This document shows, one piece after another, positions 20,700 to 29,725 of a stretch of 64,000 nt of DNA. The translations under genes were made by a program, and so were the position numbers. The notes beneath the pieces were generated by a model, which had not been told where the DNA came from, made no database searches, and was given only the letters and a program-made list of their open reading frames with translations. The DNA comes from a virus, in the IMG/VR virus record IMGVR_UViG_3300032286_001614, positions 7,746 to 71,745 of that record, one strand, 5' to 3'. The stretch's first letter is position 1. The number at the start of each line of letters is the position of its first letter.

Positions 20700-23600
20700 T
20701 TACCTAGCAAAGAAAAAAGTAAAAGTCTGAGAAGTATCTTCTTTTGGTAATGTTTGAGATTCTAAATAAATACGCAAACACCAATTAGCTAACATTAAAG
20801 ATGAGAAATTATCTTTTTTCGCTCTAGTTTTAGAAGTGCTTCTTTTCATTGATGACGGAAGATCAAATGATTGACTGCCACTTGGAGTAGAAGTCACTTC
20901 TATTAATGCACATTCTTTTTTAGTTAAATCTATTAAGAAATCTTGATGCTCAATAAAAGAATATACACTCTCTGAATTTCCATTAGAATCTTTAAAATAT
21001 GGATGAGTGTCTAATATGTTTGGTTTAAATTTAGACATTTCATCCGCTAATCCATCAACGGCACCAGCTTTTCCTGCGAATAATATGTTTTTGTAATCTA
21101 TACATGCTTGCAAATACTCAGCCGCCATTCTTTGCCAAGAACTTGAAAAGCCTTGTTTATGAACGATTCTTCTAGCTTGTAAATTATAACTCTTGGCTAC
21201 TTGTTTAGATATATCAGTTTGATCGTTCTTATTGAATTCAGCATCAATATCCCTAAGTTCTATACCAGAATCTTTAAATAATTTAGTTTCATTAGCTTGT
21301 GCCGTAAATTCATTATCGCCTTGGCTGGCATCAACACCAATATAGACAATATTAAAATTTGTTAATATATAATGCAAGTAAGCAACGTGGTCTTTATGTG
21401 CTCCCCCAGCTACAGCATACGAGTGAACTAACATACCTATTTTTCTATCACCTTTATCTACAATTTTTAGAACAGACATTGCAAAATCATCAGAAGCCTC
21501 TCCGCTTGATAAAGAAATATCTATACCTAAAACATATTCAGTACCTTTTTCACCAACAATCTCAATACAAGGTCTCTGACCGTCTGGAACTGTGCATTCA
21601 GCCATTTTAGATGCTTTAAAATATCCAGAACTGTCAGATACGAATATTGCACCATATTCTCTATCAACAACATTTTGTGAAATATCTCCACTTTCCACAT
21701 CTTTAATTATACCTGGATCTAACAAATCTTTTGGAATAGCTTTGTAACTAACTTGAGTAACGCTATATGTTGCAACTTTAAGGTCTTTTTCCTCGAAAGT
21801 TTCAATATTTTTAAGATATTGTTTATAAACCTTAAATAAATCCTCCCATTGATAAGAAGCTGAACTTAACAAAATCATTTTAGAAGTAGAGGCGAAAATT
21901 TCCCTATCCTCTTCTCTCATGAATCCACGCGAAATCAATTTATCTTCTAATTCACGTAGTTGAAGCTTTTCTTTGATGTTACCACCACTTACTAAGAATG
22001 GTTTAAGAATGGTTTCTATGATACCAAGACTTAATAATAAAGCTTCGTCAATGATTAGTCTTGAGCAGCGTAAACCTCTTAACCCTTCGCCACCAGATAA
22101 TGGAACAGCTGTAATTGTCGAACCATTAATAAAGGTATATTTAAATATATCATTTCTACGAGAAAGATCACCTTCAAGACATTGTTTGAAAAGAACACCT
22201 TCTGGAGAATTAGATAATTTCTCTAAATTTTCAAGTATTCGACGACTAGAACGAAAATTTTGACTTACAATAAGAGTATGAGTTCCGGGATTAAAAATGC
22301 AATCCAATACAGCCCATAATCCAACTAATGTGCTATTATGGTTTATAAATCCATTAGACCAATACATTTCACCGTTTGGAACATTAAAGTCTAAGCAATC
22401 ATGATCAAAATCCTCTATCTCCACAACTTCATCAAAAAAGAAATTTTCTTTTTGAATTTCAAGTAGATTTTCATATTTTTTTTCATCAAATCCAGCTTTT
22501 TTAGCAAATTCTAAATAATTAGCTAAAGTACTGTAAGACAAATGTTTTTGATTTTTTGTGCGCCTGATATTATTACGCCATTCGTCAGAAAGAGCTTTGG
22601 GTAATCTTTGTCCTGCTTTAATTTCTCGTTGGAAAAATTCTTTTGCACCGGGAATAACATCAATATTAGTGTTACGTTTTTTTTCTATATTTGCTCTTGA
22701 TTGTTTTCTGCTTAAACGAAAACCAATTTTTTTATTAAATATATCTACATTTTCTCCAGATATATCTATATACCAAGCTTTTCCAAAATTAGATAGTGTT
22801 TTTCTTTTATAAAATCTTGAAATAATTCCAAACGATAATAGACTTAAATGAATTTGCTTTACTAATTCTTCAGAAGTTGAGCAATAACTAATGCCCCCTG
22901 TTTTATAACATGTTCCATCCGTATCAAAAAGCCCCATTAAATAAAACTTTAAAGACTTCCTACATGCAAGAATTTTTTGCGGAATAACCTTATCGTAAGA
23001 AGTTGTTCTTTTTATGTTGTATTTATCAAATAACGGTTTAATTAATTTTGTCGAAAATTTTATATCAATTGCTTCAGATTTTTTCTTTTTTGTATAACTC
23101 ATAATCTCCCAATTATTATATACCCAATCAATAATCTCTTGGTCTATAGTTGTTAAACATGCGCCCGAAGATTTAGAAGTATAAGAACCGTCTCCAGCTA
23201 ACAATCCTAGAAAATAAGATTCTCTTTCTGAAAAATCACTAAAAGAATAGTTAATTTCGTTTCTTGAAATACATACTCTATCTCCATCTTTTATTTCCGA
23301 GAATTTTTTCCAAACTATAGAACAAGTTTGGAAGTCTAATACTTTGATTAGGTGATTAGTAGAGCCCTCAAGGAAATAACCATTGTTTGTTGTTACCCTT
23401 CTACATTTCTTTTTAGGCTGAATATATATTTTATCTGTTTTTTGCCAATCATTTCCATTCCATAAATAAATAGGATCAATATCTTTCCATCCCTCTATTT
23501 CAAAGGATAAATTTGGAAGCAAATCAGTTATTGTAATAATGCCAATATCTTTTGCAAGTAGTTTAGTGTTATTATGATAACTGAGCGTTTTGCCGCTACC

Positions 23601-23837
23601 CCTCCCCCAAACAGCTAAATTATAATTGCAATGAAACCAACTTTTTAGCAAGATAGCCTGACGAGGATGAAGTTTTACGCCGAATAAAATCTCAATCGTA
23701 AACTGAATATTATACATTAAGAATTGTCCAAGCCAATACTTTGCTTTTTCTTCATCAAGTTCTCCCTTGAATAAAGCTAATTCTTTATTTATATCTACTA
23801 TTCCACCTTTATCCCATTGAGGTTCAATCCAAGCCAT
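20700..23837 (-). CDS. terL: terminase large subunit containing an intein
   Basis: Walker A GRGSGK/ST split by intein, LRGLR and Walker B LIIDEA, nuclease VLGID..SDD, KDNFS. Confidence 0.92.
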   Translation of the reverse strand: MAWIEPQWDKGGIVDINKELALFKGELDEEKAKYWLGQFLMYNIQFTIEILFGVKLHPRQAILLKSWFHCNYNLAVWGRGSGKTLSYHNNTKLLAKDIGIITITDLLPNLSFEIEGWKDIDPIYLWNGNDWQKTDKIYIQPKKKCRRVTTNNGYFLEGSTNHLIKVLDFQTCSIVWKKFSEIKDGDRVCISRNEINYSFSDFSERESYFLGLLAGDGSYTSKSSGACLTTIDQEIIDWVYNNWEIMSYTKKKKSEAIDIKFSTKLIKPLFDKYNIKRTTSYDKVIPQKILACRKSLKFYLMGLFDTDGTCYKTGGISYCSTSEELVKQIHLSLLSFGIISRFYKRKTLSNFGKAWYIDISGENVDIFNKKIGFRLSRKQSRANIEKKRNTNIDVIPGAKEFFQREIKAGQRLPKALSDEWRNNIRRTKNQKHLSYSTLANYLEFAKKAGFDEKKYENLLEIQKENFFFDEVVEIEDFDHDCLDFNVPNGEMYWSNGFINHNSTLVGLWAVLDCIFNPGTHTLIVSQNFRSSRRILENLEKLSNSPEGVLFKQCLEGDLSRRNDIFKYTFINGSTITAVPLSGGEGLRGLRCSRLIIDEALLLSLGIIETILKPFLVSGGNIKEKLQLRELEDKLISRGFMREEDREIFASTSKMILLSSASYQWEDLFKVYKQYLKNIETFEEKDLKVATYSVTQVSYKAIPKDLLDPGIIKDVESGDISQNVVDREYGAIFVSDSSGYFKASKMAECTVPDGQRPCIEIVGEKGTEYVLGIDISLSSGEASDDFAMSVLKIVDKGDRKIGMLVHSYAVAGGAHKDHVAYLHYILTNFNIVYIGVDASQGDNEFTAQANETKLFKDSGIELRDIDAEFNKNDQTDISKQVAKSYNLQARRIVHKQGFSSSWQRMAAEYLQACIDYKNILFAGKAGAVDGLADEMSKFKPNILDTHPYFKDSNGNSESVYSFIEHQDFLIDLTKKECALIEVTSTPSGSQSFDLPSSMKRSTSKTRAKKDNFSSLMLANWCLRIYLESQTLPKEDTSQTFTFFFAR
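22335..23588 (-). mobile_element. intein (418 aa) with LAGLIDADG homing endonuclease
   Basis: Ends NGFINHN/S; LAGLIDADG motifs FLGLLAGDGS and YLMGLFDTDGT; removal restores GRGSGKST. Confidence 0.92.
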
Positions 23838-23853
23838 ATTTTTTTATTTTAAA

Positions 23854-24765
23854 TTATAATTTACCAATCTCATAGAAGTATTGCAAATCAACGGTCTTAA
23901 CTTCATCTCCCATTTCAAATAGTTTAATTAAAATACGAGAGGCTTCTTTACGACCATCGACAAATAAAAACTGTATGTTATCAAATTCCTTTATACAATC
24001 TCTTATATTTTTAAATACATGGTCTGGGCTAACTTTTGCAAATCTTGTCTCATATTGATAATCAAAAGATAATGATTTATTTATATCTTTTTCTATTAAA
24101 ATAATTAAATAAGCATTGGCTTCTTTAGCTCTAGCCATTTCTTTTTTAAGTCTTTCTATGTCTTTCCCAAATGAACCTACTAAATCATTCAAAGATTTTC
24201 TTTCGATTCTTATTCCTTTATCTAAATCTCCTGCCAAAGCATAGTCACCAAACTTCAATGTATCTACATAAGAATTTTTAAGAGATAAAGCCGCTTGCTC
24301 TCTAGTGTCGATTATAATCTTATAATCTTTTGGCAATTGAGTTGTGATTATCTCTTTTTTATAGTCAAATTTTATATCAAATCCAATACTTTTGCAGATT
24401 TCAGCGTAATCTGAATATTTTTCAAAATATCGAATATTGGGTGAATATAAACTTCTTAATTCAATATGATGTGGCGCACGAACAAGTTTTTTTTCTTCTT
24501 TTCTATATTTGAGATAATTTTTACCCCATTCAATACCTTTATCTGGATAAAGATTGCACCATTTATTTAGATTTTTTTTATCAATAAAATCTGATATGAT
24601 ATAAGTTTTATAATTCTTATATTCTATTTTTTCGCCTGTAAGTAAATCAAATCTTGGAAAATATTTTTCCCAATAGTCTTTTTGCGATATTTTTAATTTG
24701 CGCAAATGACCATGTAAATAATTTACATCTTCATGCTCAGTATTATCTATCGCACACTTAACCAT
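23854..24765 (-). CDS. ERCC4/XPF-family nuclease domain protein
   Basis: IIIDTREQ, GDY and IERKSLNDL motifs. Confidence 0.8.
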   Translation of the reverse strand: MVKCAIDNTEHEDVNYLHGHLRKLKISQKDYWEKYFPRFDLLTGEKIEYKNYKTYIISDFIDKKNLNKWCNLYPDKGIEWGKNYLKYRKEEKKLVRAPHHIELRSLYSPNIRYFEKYSDYAEICKSIGFDIKFDYKKEIITTQLPKDYKIIIDTREQAALSLKNSYVDTLKFGDYALAGDLDKGIRIERKSLNDLVGSFGKDIERLKKEMARAKEANAYLIILIEKDINKSLSFDYQYETRFAKVSPDHVFKNIRDCIKEFDNIQFLFVDGRKEASRILIKLFEMGDEVKTVDLQYFYEIGKL

Positions 24766-25879
24766 ATTTAGCTCTTTCTTTTGTTATTCCACCTATGAGT
24801 GCAATTACTGATTCCATGTTAGATAACTCATCAACTTCAGTAGCTTCAAGCATTTTTTGTTTTTCTGCTAATTTGAGTAACTGAATTCTTTTTTCTTCTT
24901 GTTTAACGGCATCAATAAGATTAATAATAGTTGCACTTTGTTGTATTCTATCTTTAATTCTTTTCGATCTATCACCAACAAGTTTCTCTAAAAGACTTTG
25001 ATATGTTTTTTTTGATTGATTTAATTTATCTCTTTGATTATTAATCGACTCATTAAAGGTCATTGTTAAGGCTTTCTTTTCAACTCCTTCTCCTTTTAAT
25101 GCTTCTTCTAACTGATTATCCATCAACTGAATAATTCTTTCTATTTGAGTAATTGTAACTATCTCAGAGCAAAGTGCAATATAATTATCAACTTCTTCTT
25201 CTAGAAGATCTGGTTTATCATAGCAATATCTAATAAATGATGATTCATAAAGATTTCTATCTGATTCTCTTGTATATTTAGATGCTTGCTGAATAAATCT
25301 TTCAGTATACATATATCCTAAAAGAGCTTGTAAATTTTTTATATCAATCGATCTTAAATCATTTTTATCTAAAACTTTACTTTTATCTCCGTTGAATTTA
25401 AAACGATATTTATTTACTCTGGTTACTAATCTATCAATCGAAGTTGGAGGTTGATAATCATCCCCATCACTTAATTTTTCATCATCAGGGATTTTATCTG
25501 GATCTATTTCCATACAGTAATTATACATAGCCTTAGATTCTGTATGTAATCTAGTTAATCTCTGATTATTAAAAGCAACTCTGGCTAATTCAAGCCAACT
25601 CATAGAACCTAAATTATTCCTAGCAAGTAATTTTTGCTCTGGTGTTAATTCTATTAAATTATCACCCTTTTCATACTTTGTAGTCTTAATTTTCGCATCA
25701 GGATTCATTTGCGAAATATAAGCCTTTATCGCTCTACCTTCTCTTGTAAGACCTGTAAGATTAATATTATTAAAAGCTCTTTTTGTTAATTCTTTTAAAT
25801 TTATCTTATCCCAATTTTCATCAAGAAATTTTTTTTGCTCATCTGTTAAAATTATTTCTTCTTTTTCAGAATCACTCAT
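24758..25879 (-). CDS. hypothetical protein, possible terminase small subunit
   Basis: 373 aa, repeated LTxEQK helical units and C-terminal coiled coil upstream of terL. Confidence 0.45.
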   Translation of the reverse strand: MSDSEKEEIILTDEQKKFLDENWDKINLKELTKRAFNNINLTGLTREGRAIKAYISQMNPDAKIKTTKYEKGDNLIELTPEQKLLARNNLGSMSWLELARVAFNNQRLTRLHTESKAMYNYCMEIDPDKIPDDEKLSDGDDYQPPTSIDRLVTRVNKYRFKFNGDKSKVLDKNDLRSIDIKNLQALLGYMYTERFIQQASKYTRESDRNLYESSFIRYCYDKPDLLEEEVDNYIALCSEIVTITQIERIIQLMDNQLEEALKGEGVEKKALTMTFNESINNQRDKLNQSKKTYQSLLEKLVGDRSKRIKDRIQQSATIINLIDAVKQEEKRIQLLKLAEKQKMLEATEVDELSNMESVIALIGGITKERAKYG

Positions 25880-26553
25880 TGTATATTTCCTTCTTCAAAA
25901 ATAATTATTTTAGCAGCTTCAACTATTTTTTTTCTAGTTTTATTTATAGTTTGATAACCATAAATATTTGAATTTGTAGCTTGTTTAAATTTTAAAATTT
26001 TACCAACTTCTTCCATTGATTTATGCTCAGTAAAAAGCAACTTATATATTTTTAACTCTTGTAAAGTTAAATAATTTGGCATTTTTTCATCTAGAAGTTT
26101 TTTATAATCATCTATATCTATAAAATCATTTTGTATATTATTAACTTCCTGAATATGAGCATCTAAAGACAATCCTTGTTTTATATTATATTCTGATTCT
26201 TTTTTTCTTTTCCATTTTTTGAAAAGAGGGCACTCTTCACATTGTTTCCCGCTTCTAGTAAATCCGCAATAACTATCACCTAAATTAAATTGACAACCTT
26301 GAACACATGGCCGTGCAAATTTTTGTAAATTATCACGTAAAATATTTATTATTGTATTACTTATAAGTCTATTTACCCAGTGTGTAAATTCCCCTTTTTC
26401 TGGATTAAAAGTTTTATATTTATTAAATATTCTAATCAATAACATCTGAGAAACATCTTCAAATGCAAGAGATGATAATGTCCAATTTGATTTTCGTTTA
26501 TTTATTTCCACCATTATTGATGGAATCATTTCTTCAAAAATGGGTTTCTTCAT
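25876..26553 (-). CDS. phage sigma-70-family factor (probable late sigma)
   Basis: Region-2-like FEDVSQ...FNPEKGEFTHWVNRLISNTIINILR; region-4 HTH SMEEVGKIL. Confidence 0.8.
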   Translation of the reverse strand: MKKPIFEEMIPSIMVEINKRKSNWTLSSLAFEDVSQMLLIRIFNKYKTFNPEKGEFTHWVNRLISNTIINILRDNLQKFARPCVQGCQFNLGDSYCGFTRSGKQCEECPLFKKWKRKKESEYNIKQGLSLDAHIQEVNNIQNDFIDIDDYKKLLDEKMPNYLTLQELKIYKLLFTEHKSMEEVGKILKFKQATNSNIYGYQTINKTRKKIVEAAKIIIFEEGNIQ

Positions 26554-26559
26554 TAAGAA

Positions 26560-26937
26560 TTAATCTAGTTTTTCTTGATGGAAATAAGCCTTTGAAGATA
26601 CTTCTATATCCGATGGAAGTTGCTCATTAAAACTAATATTAGGAATTTTTGCGCCATCTCTAAGAGATCCAATTGTAAATTTTTTTTGATTTTCTATAAC
26701 TATATCCGAAGATGAAGGATGAATTATTTCTCCGTTAAATTCCTCATCATCTTCATATACTATCTTAGTTTTAGTAACAGGACGCTTTTTCTTTACAATT
26801 AAAACCTCTTCTTCTACTTCATTTGAAAATGTTTTTAATGCAGAACTTAATGGTTTTTCACATTTTGAACAAACTTTATTTTCCCTCTGATTAGGAGTTC
26901 CGCAATGTGAACAATAGCGTTTATTTATAAGATTCAT
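26560..26937 (-). CDS. zinc-ribbon protein
   Basis: CSHCG...CSKC motif. Confidence 0.7.
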   Translation of the reverse strand: MNLINKRYCSHCGTPNQRENKVCSKCEKPLSSALKTFSNEVEEEVLIVKKKRPVTKTKIVYEDDEEFNGEIIHPSSSDIVIENQKKFTIGSLRDGAKIPNISFNEQLPSDIEVSSKAYFHQEKLD

Positions 26938-27019
26938 ATTACACTAATAATACATAAAATCATATCAAAATGTCAAATTTAATCACCTAGAAGTTAAAGT
27001 ATTTATTTATACTAAGTAA

Positions 27020-28915
27020 TTAAGATGAAATTTCCTGAAGAATTGAATTAGATAAGCGTTTATTAAAATAAAAAATACGAGCTATAGTTCCATATAATCC
27101 ATAACCATTAACTGGGGCTGCACCTAATCTCATTATAACTGGAGATGGAAGTGCTCCAAGATTATCTGTGCTTACAGCAGAACCCGAACAAGAAAAAGAA
27201 AAGTCATCAGTTTTTATAGCTAAAGCTGCTTTTACTGAAGTGCTTGATAAGTTTGTTAGATTTGCAACATTTGATCCGCCAACTGCAACAACTGCACGGG
27301 ATGCAGAACCAGATTCAAGTTGAATATAAATACGATTATTCAGGCTATTATCATCTATTGTTAAAATAGTTGCAACTGAAGTATTAGCAGCAAATGCTTC
27401 TATATAAATAGTTCCTTCATCTTGTCTATAAAAATTATATAAATTTTTAGTATTTACATTAACGATATCTGTAGATCTTGTAGCAGATGCTCCTACAGTT
27501 GGAATATAAGAACTAGCAAATGCACCAAGTTCAATCTGAACTTTATCTATTGTTATATCTAAAACCGATCCATTAGTATGAAATCTAAAACTAGCAAAAC
27601 TACTTGAAGATGCAACGAAAGTAGTTGATAAACGAACCCAAGAACCAACTGGCATATTAGTAGTATCAAATTGACATACATTTGATCCGGTTCCATCAAC
27701 CGCAATAAATATAGAGCCAGATGCACTTGTGTTTCTCTTAAACCAAGCTGATATTGAATAAGTGCTACCAGATATAAATACGGTTGATGCGTTAGCTCCT
27801 AATGCACCATTTGGATTAGACGAAGCCGCTGTTGTTCTAGCGGCAGTATATTTTCCATTAACTCCTATATCTGATGCCCAGACAGATCCAGTATTTGCTA
27901 TCCATCCTACGGGTGCAGAAGGAGAACCAGTCCAACCAGTAAACTCGGAATAAGTTATCAAGTTAGTTCGCGATTCCTCAATTAGTAGACCAAGTGGATT
28001 TTTAGTAATTGTATCATAAGTAAATCTTGGTCCATAATAAGATGAAGATGTTGTTATTAAATAAGATCTTGCCGAAGAATATCTTTCTAATTGCGCACCC
28101 CAAACATAAATACTGCTTAATCCATCACCATCATATATTGCACTATACCCACTATCTAGCATTTGTATTTTTACATTCTGACTTGTTCCAGCTCCTCTTA
28201 TAGCAGTTAAACTAATTCTATACCATCCATTAGGCAATGCGTTTATACTAGCTGATGATGAAGTCCATGATCCTGCTTGTGATGTTGATACTATCTGTCC
28301 TGATGTTAAATCAAAATCTGCATAAACATCTGCAGTAGTTAGATCTGTCATGTCTAACCTAACGCCAAATCTTTCTTTCGCTTTAACATATACAGAAAAA
28401 GTATGGACCCCCAAAGCAGTAGAAACAGTTTGATTTATCTCATGCGTTGAACCAACACTACTATCTTCTACTAATTGAGTCGCAGAATATGTTTGAATAG
28501 GTGATTTTATATTAATAGGACTATCTGACATTAAATATGGACTTGCTCGACTACTTGTCCAGCTAACATTGAATGCTTCACTTCTTAATAATAAATTCTC
28601 AGGCCCATATGCAGGTAAACCATTGTTATCAATTTGAATTGCTGCACTTGCTCTTGAAAAATTTATAACTTGACCATCAATAGGATTTAAATCTGGACAT
28701 AATATAAAATCTCTATAAAATAATAAATTTTTAAAAATATCATTCTTTTTGTTAAATTCAATTAATTTATTTGAATTTAAAATTTGCCCCATAAAAGGAG
28801 TTGCATATAAATCTCTTGCTTTTTTAACAAGAAATTTTAGTTCTCTATTTATTTTAAAAAAAGATTGTGGATCTTTATTATTTTTATTTTTTGAAAATTT
28901 TTTTTGATAAGGCAT
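27020..28915 (-). CDS. virion fibre/spike protein with carbohydrate-binding-like repeats
   Basis: GLLIEESRTNL, NGWYRIS, WGAQLE, ASSYIPT motifs. Confidence 0.75.
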   Translation of the reverse strand: MPYQKKFSKNKNNKDPQSFFKINRELKFLVKKARDLYATPFMGQILNSNKLIEFNKKNDIFKNLLFYRDFILCPDLNPIDGQVINFSRASAAIQIDNNGLPAYGPENLLLRSEAFNVSWTSSRASPYLMSDSPINIKSPIQTYSATQLVEDSSVGSTHEINQTVSTALGVHTFSVYVKAKERFGVRLDMTDLTTADVYADFDLTSGQIVSTSQAGSWTSSSASINALPNGWYRISLTAIRGAGTSQNVKIQMLDSGYSAIYDGDGLSSIYVWGAQLERYSSARSYLITTSSSYYGPRFTYDTITKNPLGLLIEESRTNLITYSEFTGWTGSPSAPVGWIANTGSVWASDIGVNGKYTAARTTAASSNPNGALGANASTVFISGSTYSISAWFKRNTSASGSIFIAVDGTGSNVCQFDTTNMPVGSWVRLSTTFVASSSSFASFRFHTNGSVLDITIDKVQIELGAFASSYIPTVGASATRSTDIVNVNTKNLYNFYRQDEGTIYIEAFAANTSVATILTIDDNSLNNRIYIQLESGSASRAVVAVGGSNVANLTNLSSTSVKAALAIKTDDFSFSCSGSAVSTDNLGALPSPVIMRLGAAPVNGYGLYGTIARIFYFNKRLSNSILQEISS

Positions 28916-28919
28916 AATT

Positions 28920-29186
28920 TTACAGAAAAACTCTTATAGGATTTAATGGAGCCTCTATACGAAACTCTTCAAGCCCAGAAGGAATAACAAACGAATCAGA
29001 AAGAACTCTTAAATTCCAATGATAAAAATCTTCATCTTCTTTTATTTTTCCAATAACGTCTATCGCATAATCATTTGCAAATTGATTAAAAATTAATTCA
29101 TTTTCTCCACTAACAATAAAACCAGCATCTAATGCTGATTGATATGCTACTCCAGAATTCGTAAATTTATAATATATAGTATCCAT
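28920..29186 (-). CDS. small fibre-associated protein
   Basis: DVIG...HWNLR...PLNPIRVF pattern, adjacent to fibre gene. Confidence 0.6.
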   Translation of the reverse strand: MDTIYYKFTNSGVAYQSALDAGFIVSGENELIFNQFANDYAIDVIGKIKEDEDFYHWNLRVLSDSFVIPSGLEEFRIEAPLNPIRVFL

Positions 29187-29203
29187 AGTTTATATTTTTT
29201 AGA

Positions 29204-29725
29204 TTATTTATTATTTATAGGAAAAAGTGCAATATTTGATACATGACCAATATAGTTATATGGTGTTACAAATCCGATACCACCATCTTCAGATCTATCC
29301 TTATCATGATTATTAATTCCAAAAGCAATAAATCCACGATCATCTTGTTCGCCAAGTCGATGAATAATTTTTTTTCCATATCTTGAATAAATTACAACAT
29401 AACCAGATTTTAATTCTGAATATGGCATTTTATCTAATCCAGCGTATGCAACAATAATTTTGCTACCAAGTGGATGAATAGGTATTAAAGGAGCCATACT
29501 ACCAGTTCCTGATACTGGAATTATAATTAATTCAAGTTTTTTTAATGAATCTTGAGCCTTTTCTGATGATTCAAATGTTCTAGCAATAGGAAGAGGTTCT
29601 AATTTAGGACCACATCCATAAAAAAATATTGATAAAAATAAAGCAATATATATTATTTTTATTTTTTTTATTTTATTCATGATTTTAATAATTAGTATTA
29701 AATTAAAAAGTATATCCAAGCGCAA
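29204..29725 (-). CDS. S24/S26-like peptidase, putative lipoprotein
   Basis: GTGSMAP and IIHRL motifs; hydrophobic N-terminus ending FFYGC; likely start 29680. Confidence 0.7.
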   Translation of the reverse strand: MRLDILFNLILIIKIMNKIKKIKIIYIALFLSIFFYGCGPKLEPLPIARTFESSEKAQDSLKKLELIIIPVSGTGSMAPLIPIHPLGSKIIVAYAGLDKMPYSELKSGYVVIYSRYGKKIIHRLGEQDDRGFIAFGINNHDKDRSEDGGIGFVTPYNYIGHVSNIALFPINNK

